Shown here piece by piece: positions 9,723-20,322 of a stretch of DNA of 64,000 nucleotides. Location: the NCBI GenBank assembly GCA_965219415.1, contig OZ244742.1, forward strand, positions 704,001-768,000, read 5' to 3'. Position numbers and translations under genes: made by a program. The DNA is from Candidatus Marinacidobacterales bacterium (GTDB lineage Bacteria; Acidobacteriota; Vicinamibacteria; Marinacidobacterales; DATDRI01). The first letter of the stretch is position 1. Each line of letters begins with the position of its first letter. The notes below the pieces were generated by a model. It had not been told where the DNA came from. It worked only from the letters and a program-made list of their open reading frames with translations, and ran no database searches.

Positions 9723-10682
9723 TTAACGATTAATGGCGCCAGCCTCGATGCCCTTCCCGGAGACGAACTTGGTGCCGATGGCACCCACCCGTGCCCTCTC
9801 GCGGTTCATCGAGCCAAGCTCCCGAATTCGATATACGCTTTCGAAACCCGTGCAGTGAGAGCCCAAGAAATAGCCGAGCCCGAGTTTCTGGAGCTCCTTG
9901 CTGGTCCAGCTCAGAACGTCGTCTGATGCAGCGAAGAGATGAAACCCACCAATCGCCGCCTGCGGTGAGTCGGCGGAAATCTCGCTCCGGACGTGTTCGA
10001 GCGTATTGATGAGGCCGGCGTGACCGCACCCGGACACCACGACGGGACCCCCTTTTGCTACAACCACGAGCGACTGGCTCTCCGGAACGACATCGGGCAC
10101 GGTCGAGCTCCCCTCTTTCATGACCCATTGAGGGCCGACCGGATAGACTTTCTCCTCGTGCGGCCTTGGAACTGGGCCCGTGATCCATACCCCGTCCGCA
10201 AGCTGTGTCGCCCGATCGTAGACGACGAAGGTGGCGCCCGATTCCTCGAGCCGCTCCCGCAATCCCACCATAGGATTCCTCTCGCTCCCATCCAAGGACG
10301 GCCGCGGGGTGAAGATCCCGTCCGCGGCATGAATGCGGGAAAGCGCTTTAGGGTTCCGCTTCGACAACTCCGTCCTCAGAGTTTCGAGGCCCCCGGTATG
10401 GTCGCCGTGATGGTGGCTAAGGATCAGGTCCTCGGCAACGGAAAGATCGATCCCGAGCGCCTCGGCGTTCGAGAGAACGTTACCGGGAGACCAACCGGTG
10501 TCGAACAGGAAAGCGCGACCATCCACTGCGACCCAAGCAGCGAAACTCCATTCGCCTTGTCCAACCATATCAGCGGCATTGGTAGTCAGAATGGTGACGG
10601 TAACACTACGTTCCTTCTGCGTCGCTTCAGTCTGTGCGCCCGCAGTTAGGAGGATCATTCCGCATAGGACAACCTTGTGCAT
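9723..10682 (-). CDS. MBL-fold metallo-hydrolase, exported
   Basis: LFDTG, LSHHHGDHTGG, SGCGHAG, GGFHL, HCTG. Confidence 0.88.
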   Translation of the reverse strand: MHKVVLCGMILLTAGAQTEATQKERSVTVTILTTNAADMVGQGEWSFAAWVAVDGRAFLFDTGWSPGNVLSNAEALGIDLSVAEDLILSHHHGDHTGGLETLRTELSKRNPKALSRIHAADGIFTPRPSLDGSERNPMVGLRERLEESGATFVVYDRATQLADGVWITGPVPRPHEEKVYPVGPQWVMKEGSSTVPDVVPESQSLVVVAKGGPVVVSGCGHAGLINTLEHVRSEISADSPQAAIGGFHLFAASDDVLSWTSKELQKLGLGYFLGSHCTGFESVYRIRELGSMNRERARVGAIGTKFVSGKGIEAGAINR

Positions 10683-10692
10683 ATATCACCTG

Positions 10693-11319
10693 CTATTGGG
10701 ATTGATTGGATACCGCGTTCGTCACGGCATCGAAAAAACGACACGCCGTCTCTAGGAGGAGTTGATACTCGCCGTATTCGCTCAACGTGCCGGTCACCGC
10801 AAATATCAACTTATCATCGTAGTTGCGGACGTCCGCGACCCGATTTTCTTTTTCCTGGTCCGCCCACGAACCGAGATCGACCTGCACCCGCTCGGACAGC
10901 ACCGCCGTCATTCTACGCTCGTCGTTCGTATAAATAACTAGCCGCTCGCTGAGACGAACAGGCGTGGAAATCATCGGCTTCTTGATCCTGAACGTTGCAT
11001 CCCCGAGCGTCTGCAGCGACCGAGGTACTATCCGAAACTCGAATTGTTTGAAATCCAGTCCGGAAAAGAGAGCATAGGTGTACTGGCCAGACTGCCCCTC
11101 CGAGCCAGTCCCTGCGCTAGAGACCTCGACCGCGGCCCCGACGTGGGAAAATGTCAACTTCGGCATCAGGGTTCGACCGGGCGATTCCACAACTCCGTCG
11201 CGCTCCACGGCGAGGCGTTTCAACACCGGGGTCACACGACGCACCGAGCTGCGGTGCATCACCCAACCGAGCCCGAGGCCACTTGCGATCACGATGACGA
11301 TGATTAGGCCGGTGCTCAT
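10693..11319 (-). CDS. hypothetical membrane-anchored protein
   Basis: 208-aa ORF with N-terminal TM helix, in operon orientation. Confidence 0.6.
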   Translation of the reverse strand: MSTGLIIVIVIASGLGLGWVMHRSSVRRVTPVLKRLAVERDGVVESPGRTLMPKLTFSHVGAAVEVSSAGTGSEGQSGQYTYALFSGLDFKQFEFRIVPRSLQTLGDATFRIKKPMISTPVRLSERLVIYTNDERRMTAVLSERVQVDLGSWADQEKENRVADVRNYDDKLIFAVTGTLSEYGEYQLLLETACRFFDAVTNAVSNQSQ

Positions 11320-11349
11320 CGTCTGGGCGGCCGGCTCTTGCAGGAGGAG

Positions 11350-11727
11350 TCAATGGACAAACCGTTTGGTCCTCTGGAAGTGATCCTCCGGCGGTTCACC
11401 TATGTCGATAACGTGCTCGGGTCCGAACCAGAGCTCCTGGCCGAGTGCCAACATCGTGGTCGTTGCGGGTTCATTGTCGAGCACGCCTCGGTAGTAATCA
11501 CCCTCTTTGCCCCAGACTTGGACCCACATGCGCTCGCCCACGATAGGCTCGCCGTCCGGACCGGTGCTCTGGACCAAGAAAATCAACTTGACCGCCTGCC
11601 CCCGGGTCAGGTTCGTACGCGCCGTCTCGCCGGGAATCCGAAACGTCTCCGGAGACTCTTCGTGCCGCGCGACGCCACTGTCGAGCTCCCAGCCGTCTTC
11701 GTCCAGGGTTGCCAGGCGCAACGTCAT
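11350..11727 (-). CDS. DUF2314-like hypothetical protein
   Basis: GERMWV.V.....YRGVLDNEP motif. Confidence 0.65.
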   Translation of the reverse strand: MTLRLATLDEDGWELDSGVARHEESPETFRIPGETARTNLTRGQAVKLIFLVQSTGPDGEPIVGERMWVQVWGKEGDYYRGVLDNEPATTTMLALGQELWFGPEHVIDIGEPPEDHFQRTKRFVH

Positions 11728-12554
11728 TGGCGTTCCATTACCGCCTGAACCACCCGTACACGCCCCTCTTCCAAACTCCGCAGTACATTACCGAACTTAG
11801 TCGAGGCGTCGTCCCCCATCAATAAGTGGAGCCCGACTGGAAGTAAACCCTTGGTTCGTATCCGCCTTTGCGAAGTCTTGAAGAAAGCTATCGAAGCCTT
11901 GCTCTTGTCCTCCCAGTGTAACGCCGACAAACCGAGGTCGGATAGGAGGGCCCTGAGCTCTTCGATAGGGATCAAATGGCTAATCGAAGCATCCGATGCC
12001 CATGGAACCGGGAAATGCACGTCGCCGCTGGCTCCCGCGAAGATATCGTGAAACGCGAGTCGCCCGTGTGGCTTCAGGACCCTGCAAAGCTCGCCGTAAA
12101 AGCCGGCTTTGTCCGAGATGTTCATCTGAACGTGCTCGGTCCAGACGACATCGAATTGACCGTCTGGAAACGGTAGATCGAGGGCGCTCCCCTACCGAAA
12201 GGCGGTTCGCTCCGCCAGCCCAACTCGCGCCGACAGCTTTTCGGCGACTCGGCAATACTCCTCGGTCAAATCGACTCCCACGGTCTTGCAACCGAACGTG
12301 CTCACCAGGTAACGGCTCGTTCCGCCCAAGCCACACCCCACGTCGAGCAAGGCCTGCCCCGGCCGGATCTCGGCCAGTTGAGCGAGCTCCTCGGTCGCTG
12401 TCCTTCCGCGAATGTGAAACTCGTCCACCGGTGCCAAGTCGTCGACGGCCAGCGAATCGAGGTCGTTGCCCGATGCCTCGAGCGCCGACAGAATGCGCTG
12501 CTCGAGGTCACCCAGGGTGTAGTGTTCGGATACGTTTTTGGTGGCGTCACTCAT
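11724..12554 (-). pseudogene. class I SAM methyltransferase interrupted by an in-frame TAG at 12192-12194
   Basis: DEFHIRG, LDVGCGLGG; reads AFR*GSALDLPFPDGQFDVVW in one frame. Confidence 0.8.
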
Positions 12555-12559
12555 AGCGA

Positions 12560-13231
12560 CTATCTCTCGGTCCACCGCAGGGCGGGTCCCACCCACTCCT
12601 CATAGGGTTTGTAAACCATTCTATGGCCATTCCCTAGGCTGGTGGCTATTTCTTCGTGCGTGACGAGCTCGGACGAGCAGCGGTTAAACAGACTCTCGCA
12701 AGACCCAGCGATCTCGTCACTGGCCTCGTACACCGAGAGAACATTGCCGTACAAGCAAACACCGTTCCTCGCAAAGTAATCGTTCGTTTGCTCCGCGCAT
12801 ATTGCCAGGATGACATAGTTGATCTGCCGATTCCGCAAGAGATTGGACACCAACACCGCGATCGCCGCCCCCTTTGACGCTCCGACGACCGTGATGTGAG
12901 ACGCCGGTATCCCGTCGGAAAGGCGTTTGCGAATATCCGCTGCAACCTTCTCCGCGTAGGTGGACGCGTCGGTATTCTTGCCTCGAATCTCGCTCACGAC
13001 GGTGTGCCCCATTCTCCCGAGCGCCTCGACGATACCCTCGTAGTCGTAGTGACCGAACACCTCACTCGTCGCACCGAATCCCTGCTCCTCTAAGATCCTC
13101 CCATGGAGGTAAAAGATAAGTCGTCTCGGTTCCTCAGATGCAGTCGTGCCGCCCGCCGAGCTCAGAACAAACAGCAGGGCCGCGCCCATCCCTAGCGAGA
13201 CTTGGACCTTGCGCTTGAGTGTCGACTCCAT
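12560..13231 (-). CDS. alpha/beta hydrolase, exported
   Basis: IFYLHG, GASKG nucleophile elbow, C-terminal GH. Confidence 0.75.
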   Translation of the reverse strand: MESTLKRKVQVSLGMGAALLFVLSSAGGTTASEEPRRLIFYLHGRILEEQGFGATSEVFGHYDYEGIVEALGRMGHTVVSEIRGKNTDASTYAEKVAADIRKRLSDGIPASHITVVGASKGAAIAVLVSNLLRNRQINYVILAICAEQTNDYFARNGVCLYGNVLSVYEASDEIAGSCESLFNRCSSELVTHEEIATSLGNGHRMVYKPYEEWVGPALRWTER

Positions 13232-13293
13232 CGTAGTTCTCCGTCGTTGATCAGTCGCCAAAATCTCGGAACATGGCGATCGAACAGATTCTC

Positions 13294-13611
13294 TCAGACG
13301 GGGTCAACGCCCGACGAGGGTTCTTGCCAGGAGCTTGTCCATCGGTCGCTGCCGGAGAGCAGTCGCAGTTCTTCGAGTGCCATTTCCTCTGCCCTTCCCA
13401 TCGTGTCACAAAGCCTCACCGGTGAATTTTGGACGGGAGACCAGTAAGGCTCGCTGACTTCGCCGTAACCTTCGACGAACTCGCGCCGCCACGAGGCAGG
13501 TTTTACCTCGAGCAGCTGGTCCGACCGCCGGACGATCTCGACCCTATGCCGACCATCCTCCGAATAATAAGTGCCCAGCACTTTTTTGCTCATCGATAGC
13601 TGCCCAGCCAA
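13294..13611 (-). CDS. hypothetical protein
   Basis: 105-aa ORF filling the gap in a same-strand gene run. Confidence 0.45.
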   Translation of the reverse strand: MAGQLSMSKKVLGTYYSEDGRHRVEIVRRSDQLLEVKPASWRREFVEGYGEVSEPYWSPVQNSPVRLCDTMGRAEEMALEELRLLSGSDRWTSSWQEPSSGVDPV

Positions 13612-13635
13612 TCTCGTCGAGGTGGCTTCCGGCCC

Positions 13636-13986
13636 CTAGAGCCGGGCTTCCAGGTACTCTTTCAGGGCGGCGACGTTGTTGAGACGTTCCTCCTTCGACC
13701 CGAATACGAACGTCACCTTCCCGGTGCGGACATAGTCGAGGAGGGCCTCAACGACGTCCGATTTGGACTTTAGCTCCTTGTAGTAGCGCCGTTTGAATTC
13801 AGGCCATTTGTCCGGGTCGTGGCCATACCACTTGCGGAGCTCCGTCGAGGGGGCAATCTCCTTGGGCCAATGGTCGATCTTCGCGTCCGCTTTGGACAGA
13901 CCTCGCGGCCAAAGCCGGTCGACCAAAACCCGTCGGCCGTCGCGTTTCGACGGTGCCTCGTAGACTCTCTTGATTCGAATATCCAT
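13636..13986 (-). CDS. DUF488 (YeaO-like) protein
   Basis: IKRVYE...DGRRVLVDRLWPRG..K, APSTELRKWYGHDP. Confidence 0.92.
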   Translation of the reverse strand: MDIRIKRVYEAPSKRDGRRVLVDRLWPRGLSKADAKIDHWPKEIAPSTELRKWYGHDPDKWPEFKRRYYKELKSKSDVVEALLDYVRTGKVTFVFGSKEERLNNVAALKEYLEARL

Positions 13987-14386
13987 GGGGCCCCTCCGGC
14001 GCCTCGCAGCTCCAATAGGTCCAACTTATTACCATAGAGGTCTTCGAAAACAGCAACCGTGCCATAGGCTTCTTCGCGCGGAGTCTCCAAAAATTTGACG
14101 CCACGCTCCTTCATATCCGCGTAGTCCCTGGCGAAGTCGTCCGTGTGCAGGAAGAGAAACACCCGTCCACCGGTTTGGTTGCCAATGCGGACTCCTGTTC
14201 CGGCGTCGACGCTTGGGCAAGAAGGAGGTTGGTAGCGGCCGAACCCGGTGGGGCGACAAGCACCCACCTCTTTCCCTCTTCCGCGGTATCCTCGATCAGC
14301 CGAAAACGGAGCTTCTGTGTGAAGAACTCGATGGCTTCGTCGTAGTCTCTAACGACGAGGGCAACATGACCTATGCTTTGTTTCAA
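13983..14386 (-). pseudogene. VOC/glyoxalase family protein, frameshifted near 14190
   Basis: ALVVRDYDEAIEFF...RWVLVAPPG in one frame; GNQTGGRVFLFLHTDDF...FEDLYGN in another. Confidence 0.8.
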
Positions 14387-14406
14387 TTCTAAGAGCCGCC
14401 TTCTTT

Positions 14407-14592
14407 CATGTTGCGTAGCTCCGGAAAAACTCAACCATCTTCTCGCTCGCCTATCCTACTTCGATGATGTAACCGTCCGGGTCTCGCATGTAGCATCTCG
14501 TTTCCCAGCCGTGGTTGTCCAGAGGCTCCGTTATGAACTCAGCTCCTTTAGCCTTCCATTCAGCATAGCAGGCTTGGGCATCGGCAACGCGG
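14407..14592 (-). pseudogene. C-terminal fragment of a VOC family gene
   Basis: Manual translation RVADAQACYAEWKAKGAEFITEP...CYMRDPDGYIIEVG*; no N-terminal half. Confidence 0.6.
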
Positions 14593-14643
14593 ACAAGATG
14601 TCACCGCTCTCATTGCACTGCACTCACAACTCCTTCAATTTGC

Positions 14644-15110
14644 TCACCCGCATGTGCAATAGAGGAAACGGCTTCCCGTGCTGTCGAGCTCCGATCTCCC
14701 GTGCACTTCGAATCCCAGGCGCTGGTAGAACGCGAGCGCCTGCTCATTCTGCTCGTTGACATCGACCACCGTGGCGCCCAGGTCGAGCACAGCATACCTC
14801 GTAAGCCGGCGGCCGATGCCCGCACGGTGCCATGCCGGATGGACAAACAACGCCTCAGTTTTCTCATCGGCGACACCGAAAAATCCCACGAGAGCGCCTT
14901 CCGTATCACGGACGCAATACAGATGTCTCAGGCCGAACAAACCCCTTGCGCACAAGCGGCTTCAAGAACTGAATGTCGGTCTCTGACAAGAAGTGGTGCG
15001 TTGCGCGAACAGAGGCCTCCCAGACCTCAACGAGCCGGGCCGCTTCATCGTTCGCCACCCGGTGAACGCCTTCCCGAAGCAGCATTCGGTTCCTCGCTCT
15101 CTATACTCAT
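14644..15110 (-). pseudogene. GNAT acetyltransferase (YjaB-like), frameshifted; last clearly attC-preceded cassette gene
   Basis: VWEASVRATHHFL and EALFVHP....GIGRRL....VDVNEQNEQALAFY lie in different frames. Confidence 0.75.
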
Positions 15111-15128
15111 CCCTTTCGCTTACACGTT

Positions 15129-15204
15129 GCCCAACAGGGCATCAGTCTCGAACCGCCCCACCAAGTAGCAGTTGCCGACCGTCAGCTGCATGCGCGTCTT
15201 AGGT
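15129..15204 (-). other. attC site (R'' degenerate)
   Basis: Minus strand ACCTAAG (holds the gene stop) ... GTTGGGC; arms resemble the attC at 29559. Confidence 0.65.
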
Positions 15205-16828
15205 GGATTGGCGTCTTAGAAATCTCCGCTGCAATTGCTGCCCGACAAATCCCCCTAGCGACCCGGTAATGATACCTGTCACAACGAGTCCAACGAGCTT
15301 CATTTCCGGCGTGGACGCAATCCTTCCTCCCGAACCCTCCAACGCTATCTCGACCAATATCCCCGCTACGATGGCACTAACGATGAGGCCAACCAATCCG
15401 CCAAACAGCCAACTGAGCTTGCTCCGGTTTGGTGGACAAGTTGACTATGCAAACCGGTTTGCTTCCAAGAGTCTAAGTTCGAACTCGATGAGACTGACGT
15501 TCCGGAGCGTTGAGTGCCGTCGCCTCGGGTTGTAGAAATTGGTGATGTAGTCGGCGGTAGCCCATCGCGCCTGCGCTCGAGTCGGCAGAACGAGTCGGTA
15601 GAGAGATTCGGTTTTCAGCGTGCCGAAGAAACTCTCGACGACGGCATTGTCCCAGCAGTCGCCCTTTCGACTCATGCTGCACTCGATTCCGTGGCGTCGC
15701 AAGAACGCGCGGTAGTCTCTGCTCGCGTACTGCACGCCACGGTCCGAATGATGAACCATCCCACGCGGTGGTCGTCGGTGACGCACCGCCATCTGAAGCG
15801 CCGAGACAGCGAGCTCTGCGGCGAAGATGATTCGCCACCGCCCAACCGATCACGCGCCTCGAAAATAGGTCCATGACCACGGCCAAATACAACCAGCCTT
15901 CCCACGTTCGGATGTAGGTGATGTCCGCAGCCCAGACTTCGTTGGGGGTCTTCGGCAAGAACTGGCGCTGCACGAGGTCTCGAGCTACGGGGCGCGAGTG
16001 CGACGAATCCGTCGTCTTCCGAGAACGTCTCGGCAGGCGCGCGCACAGGCCTTTCTCTCTCATGATGCGAGCAACGCGCCGACGCCCAACAGACTCACCA
16101 TCCGCACGGAGCTCGTCCACAACACGAGGACTTCCGTAAACTCCGCGGTTGGCTCGGAAGAACGCAACGATTTTTACGGACAGGCGCAGGTCATCTCGTT
16201 CACGGCGGCTGGGCTTCCGCCTCAGCCACGCATAGTAGCCGCTCCGAGAAACCTGGAGCAGCCGGCACATCCACGAAACGTGGAACTCCTCGCTTTGGAT
16301 CCGAATCGCTGCGAACTTCATTTCTTCACGCTCGCGAAGTACGCCGCCGTTTTTTTTAGAAAGTCACGCTCCATCCGAAGCTCCCGAACTTCCTTTCGGA
16401 AGCCACGCAGTTCTTCGAGTTCCTCGCTCGTCAGGGTTCCGGGACCGCCTTCACCACGGTCGATCTTGTCCTGCCTCACCCAGGCATAAAGCGACGTCTC
16501 CGTCACATCGATATCCCGGGCTACCACGCTCACTGCCTTGCCGCTCTCCCGAACCAGCTGCACTGCCTCTGCTCGAAATTCCTTCGTGAACTGCCGACGT
16601 TTCTTTTTCTCTGCCATCTGAACACCCATATATCTCTCCGTTCGTTAGGTGTCCACTGAAACGAAGCAGGCCCAAACCTTTCTTCCTGCATATGAACCCG
16701 GCTACTCCACCGCCGATCAAAAGAGTTGTATACCTCACAACTCCGCTGCCAAATGTCTGGGGCAAAACCAACGTAAGCGTGATTGCCGTTACGATGCCGA
16801 CAATTACGCCTAATGCCATTCGGAACAT
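15199..16828 (-). pseudogene. cassette membrane protein split by IS3
   Basis: Removing the IS and one AAC copy restores ...ICRKKGWLFGGLVG...; flanked by GTTAGGT and ACCTAAG. Confidence 0.75.
15414..16674 (-). mobile_element. IS3-family element (orfA 16318-16629; orfB 15445-16321 with an extra frameshift near 15820)
   Basis: TG...CA ends with IRs TGGGCCTGCTTCGTTTCAGTGGACA / TGAGCTTGCTCCGGTTTGGTGGACA; 3-bp TSD AAC; A8 slippery run; WAADITY, HHSDRGVQY, DNAVVESFF. Confidence 0.93.
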
Positions 16829-16837
16829 CGGATTACC

Positions 16838-16930
16838 ACCTAACAGGGCAGCCAGCGGCGAGCGGTGCCAACCTGCTCTTCATTGTTAATGATGCCGGCG
16901 CCGATCGTCTGCTGCAACGGCGGGCTAGAC
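16838..16930 (-). other. attC site (R'' degenerate GTCTAGC)
   Basis: Minus strand GTCTAGC ... GTTAGGT; internal arms similar to the 29559 site. Confidence 0.65.
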
Positions 16931-17404
16931 CGGCTCCTTCGCGGTCACGTGCCGCTGATCGTTCGGTAGCACATAGCAGCAGATCAACGGAGCGAGACAA
17001 TTGCCTTCTCATACACCGCAAGCGTGGTTTGCCTCCGGCACCGAAAACGAACCTTCTCGCGACCTCCAGCTCTCGAGGCGACATGGGCCTTCTCGCACTC
17101 TGCATACGATGGACGAAAGCGTTTCATACGCCTGCTAGATTCTATAAACGACGCCATCTCTTTGACGTTGTCCCAATGGAAGTCGAAGTCGAACTGAGTC
17201 TCCTGACGAACCACGAAGTGTCCTTGAGTGACAGTGCTCCGAATGGCCCGGTCGGACGCGTCGTCATCGGCTGCCATCCCGGTCGCATCGACCTCTCCAA
17301 CCTGGACCGCCCCGGCACTTACGAGTTCGATCGGGCACTGACCCGGCAGGGGCCGTACATCCACAAGAGTCCCGCGGCCAGCGAGAACCCGCCAGATTTC
17401 GTGC

Positions 17405-17423
17405 AGGGCATGGACCATGCCCT
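17405..17423 (-). promoter_or_regulatory. putative bacterial SECIS hairpin
   Basis: AGGGCATG-GTC-CATGCCCT perfect 8-bp stem starting 10 nt after the second TGA (17434-17436). Confidence 0.55.
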
Positions 17424-18713
17424 CGTGTGGTAGTCATCACAAGGACCACGCTAGGACGGCGATGTCGAAGGTCTCGGCGGAGCGTGTCAACAACATTGAG
17501 ACACCCGCGAGCTGCATTTAGTGGAGCCTCGATTGGTGTCAGGAGGGTCGTGACGTCGATTTTGTCCACGTCTGCCTGGATCGAGATCTCTTACGTGGAG
17601 CGGAAAAAGGGGCTACCCCAGGTATGGACCACCCAGAGAAAGTGGCTCCTAGGCGATCCTCGCGCGTGTTTTTGTCAGGTGGGGGGTTGATCCAAGCCTG
17701 AGACGGCAAAACAGGGGTTGAGGTTTTCCACGGACGAAGCGTTCGGGATGAGCCCGATGAGCGGCGAGAAGCGTGTGTCGGCGAGCCGCGTTGAGTTGTT
17801 CGGCGCGACCCTGATGAACGACGGCCGGTGTCATGAGACCGATTCCCGAGTGGCGGTGTTCGAGGTTGTAGTAGTCGAAGAAGTTGCGGCAGAACAGGCG
17901 AGCATCCTCGATGGAGCCGAAACGACGCGGGAACTGGGGGCAATACTTCAGCGTCTTGAACTGAGACTCGGAGTAGGGATTGTCGTTCGAGACGTGAGGT
18001 CGCGAGTGAGTCTTGGTAACGCCGAGGTCGGCCAGAAGCAAGGCGACGGACTTGCTTCGCATCGAGCTGCCACGATCCGCGTGGATGGTGAGCTGGCCTG
18101 GTTCGATGCCTTGCTTGCGACAGCTCTCGACGATGAGACGACGAGCGAGCTCGGCACTTTCTCGGTGAGCCAGCATCCAACCCGTGACGTAGCGGGAGAA
18201 GATGTCCAGGATCACGAAGAGGTAGTAGTAGGTCCACTTGACGGGGCCACGAAGCTTGGTGATGTCCCAGGACCAAACCTGGTTGGGGGCTTCGGCCAAC
18301 AGCTCCGGCTTGCGGTAGTTCGGATGGCACAGTTGGTTCCGACGTTCTCTGACTTCCCCCTGCTCCGCCAGAATCCGATACATCGTACGAATCGAGCAGT
18401 AGTAGGTTCCCTCGTCCAGAAGCGTGGCCCACATTGCGGCGGGCACTTTGTCGACAAACCGCTCGGAGTGCAACGCGCCGAGCACCTGCTCTCGCTCGGT
18501 CTCGTCGAGGGCTCGGTGGGGCCGAGGACGACGCTTCGGATTGGACGTCACCGGCCGCCGCCGGCGATACAGCGTGGAGCGAGCCACTCCCAGAGCCTCG
18601 CAGGCTTCCGCTGTCTGTCCAATCCGACCCGCCAGGTCCTCGGCCGCCGCCATCAATCGTTCTCGTCGCTGTCTGGGGGATTCAGGGGGATCCCCAGGAG
18701 CTCGGAGGCTTTC

Positions 18714-20090
18714 CTAAGAAACTCCGGTGTGCGGACTCGATGCAGCCGCCTCTACCAACGTGTAGCCTAATTGACGAGCGCGACGCTGGAGGTTGTGGAG
18801 GACCCTCTCCTGATAATGTCTCTCGTAGTAGTCGGTGCCAGGATCGACATAGGCGAGTCCGAAGCGAACGGCGTTGTAGAACAGCACTGCTAACTTTCTC
18901 GCTGTCGCGGTCACTGCCTTCGCCTTGCCGACTCGTGCGCCCACTCGACGGTAGAATGCACCAAGGGCGGTCTGCGTTCGCCCAACGTTCACCGCAGCGA
19001 TACGAAAGAGCGCGGCGGCGCGATTCGAGGACCGACGCGACTTCGAACTCAGCACGCGGCCGCCCGAGATCTTGTTGCCGGGTGCTAGGGTCAGCCACGA
19101 CGTGAAGTGTTTGGCGGTCGGCCATTTCCGCATGTCGTCACCGCATTCGGCGACGAGTCGCAGAACCGTGTACGGACCCAATCCATGGATCTGGCTCAAA
19201 TCGGCACCCAAGAGGGTATACAGAGCTCCCCGTACATCGAACTTCGGTTCGTTCTTCCCGCTCGCATGTCGGACACGTGGAATCGGCTCGTCGGGCGCAG
19301 TTCGATCGTGGTTCAGCTCGCCTATAGCGGCTTCGACCTCCACGTCGCATTCGGTGACCCTCGCTTGAACGAAGTCATAGAGTTGGAGCTCATGGCGTAG
19401 CGCGAAGAGGTGTTCGAGCCGGTAGTTACCTGTCAGAGCCTCGCGGATCGTTTCGACAGATTGCTTGCATCGGACGTCACGGTACTGGGCAAGCACGTCG
19501 GGCTCGTGAACACCGCCGACTATAGCGCGAATGATCTTCATGCCCGTGACACCTGTAATATCAGTCACTACGTGCTGAAGCTGGACGTTCATCTGCATAA
19601 GGGCTTTCTGCATCCGCTGGATGTGCGTCGCTGCCTGGTTGATGAGGCGTTCACGGTGGCGAAGAAGTGCCCGGAGCCGAACCAACTGACCACGAGGCCG
19701 GAAGCTGCCGCGAAGAAGACCATGCTCGTGCAGCTGCTGTAGCCACTGAGCATCGTTGACGTCGGTCTTCCGCCCTGGGACATTCTTGACGTCACGTGCG
19801 TTGACCAGGAGCACCTCGAACCCGCGCGCTTCCAAGATCTCGAAGGCTGGAATCCAGTACACTCCTGTCGATTCCATAGCGATGGTGGTGATCCCGACCT
19901 CTGCGAGCCAGTCGGCCAACTGGTGTAGGTCGCCCGTGAAGCTTCGAAACGTCCGCACGGACATCTCGACCCGCTCCGGTGGGACCGCAACCACATGGAA
20001 TGTCGCTCCGATGTCGATTCCTGCGGCGTTAACGTGGATGGACGTAATGGATCGTCTGGACGACTTCCGGCGCTTCCTTCTTGTCATCAT
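18714..20090 (-). CDS. IS110 transposase/recombinase
   Basis: DEDD motifs GIDIG, MESTGVYW, KTDVNDA; C-terminal ISGG serine motif. Confidence 0.95.
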   Translation of the reverse strand: MMTRRKRRKSSRRSITSIHVNAAGIDIGATFHVVAVPPERVEMSVRTFRSFTGDLHQLADWLAEVGITTIAMESTGVYWIPAFEILEARGFEVLLVNARDVKNVPGRKTDVNDAQWLQQLHEHGLLRGSFRPRGQLVRLRALLRHRERLINQAATHIQRMQKALMQMNVQLQHVVTDITGVTGMKIIRAIVGGVHEPDVLAQYRDVRCKQSVETIREALTGNYRLEHLFALRHELQLYDFVQARVTECDVEVEAAIGELNHDRTAPDEPIPRVRHASGKNEPKFDVRGALYTLLGADLSQIHGLGPYTVLRLVAECGDDMRKWPTAKHFTSWLTLAPGNKISGGRVLSSKSRRSSNRAAALFRIAAVNVGRTQTALGAFYRRVGARVGKAKAVTATARKLAVLFYNAVRFGLAYVDPGTDYYERHYQERVLHNLQRRARQLGYTLVEAAASSPHTGVS

Positions 20091-20094
20091 TCCT

Positions 20095-20310
20095 CCTTCC
20101 GGATTAAACCCGAAAGGAGGGATGGGCGGAAGTTCATCATTTTCCTAAACGGGATCGCCAAATGGCGCCACCACTGTCAAGTCCGCAGCCACCCCCGGAC
20201 CATGTTTTTTTACGGGATCGAAATCACCAGTAAGCGGACGGCCTCTCCTCTCGAGTAGCCAAGAGGGTAGCCGTCAGGGAGTTTCTGGTTCAACAGGAGG
20301 CGCGCCCGCG
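20095..20310 (-). ncRNA. putative IS110 bridge RNA, copy 1 (ends approximate)
   Basis: Duplicated CGATCCCGT motif, followed once by AAAAAAA (target match) and once by TTAGGAAA (donor match). Confidence 0.6.
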
Positions 20311-20322
20311 CTCGAAGGTTTC

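Larger units (their letters stand above)
18713..20321 (-). mobile_element. IS110-family element, copy 1
   Basis: 1609-bp repeat unit, no terminal IRs, long non-coding end upstream of the transposase. Confidence 0.92.

Noticed and set aside
12192-12194. Pyrrolysine codon
   Set aside because: Not a methylamine methyltransferase family, no pyl genes in the window, and TAG is used as a normal stop in many genes here.
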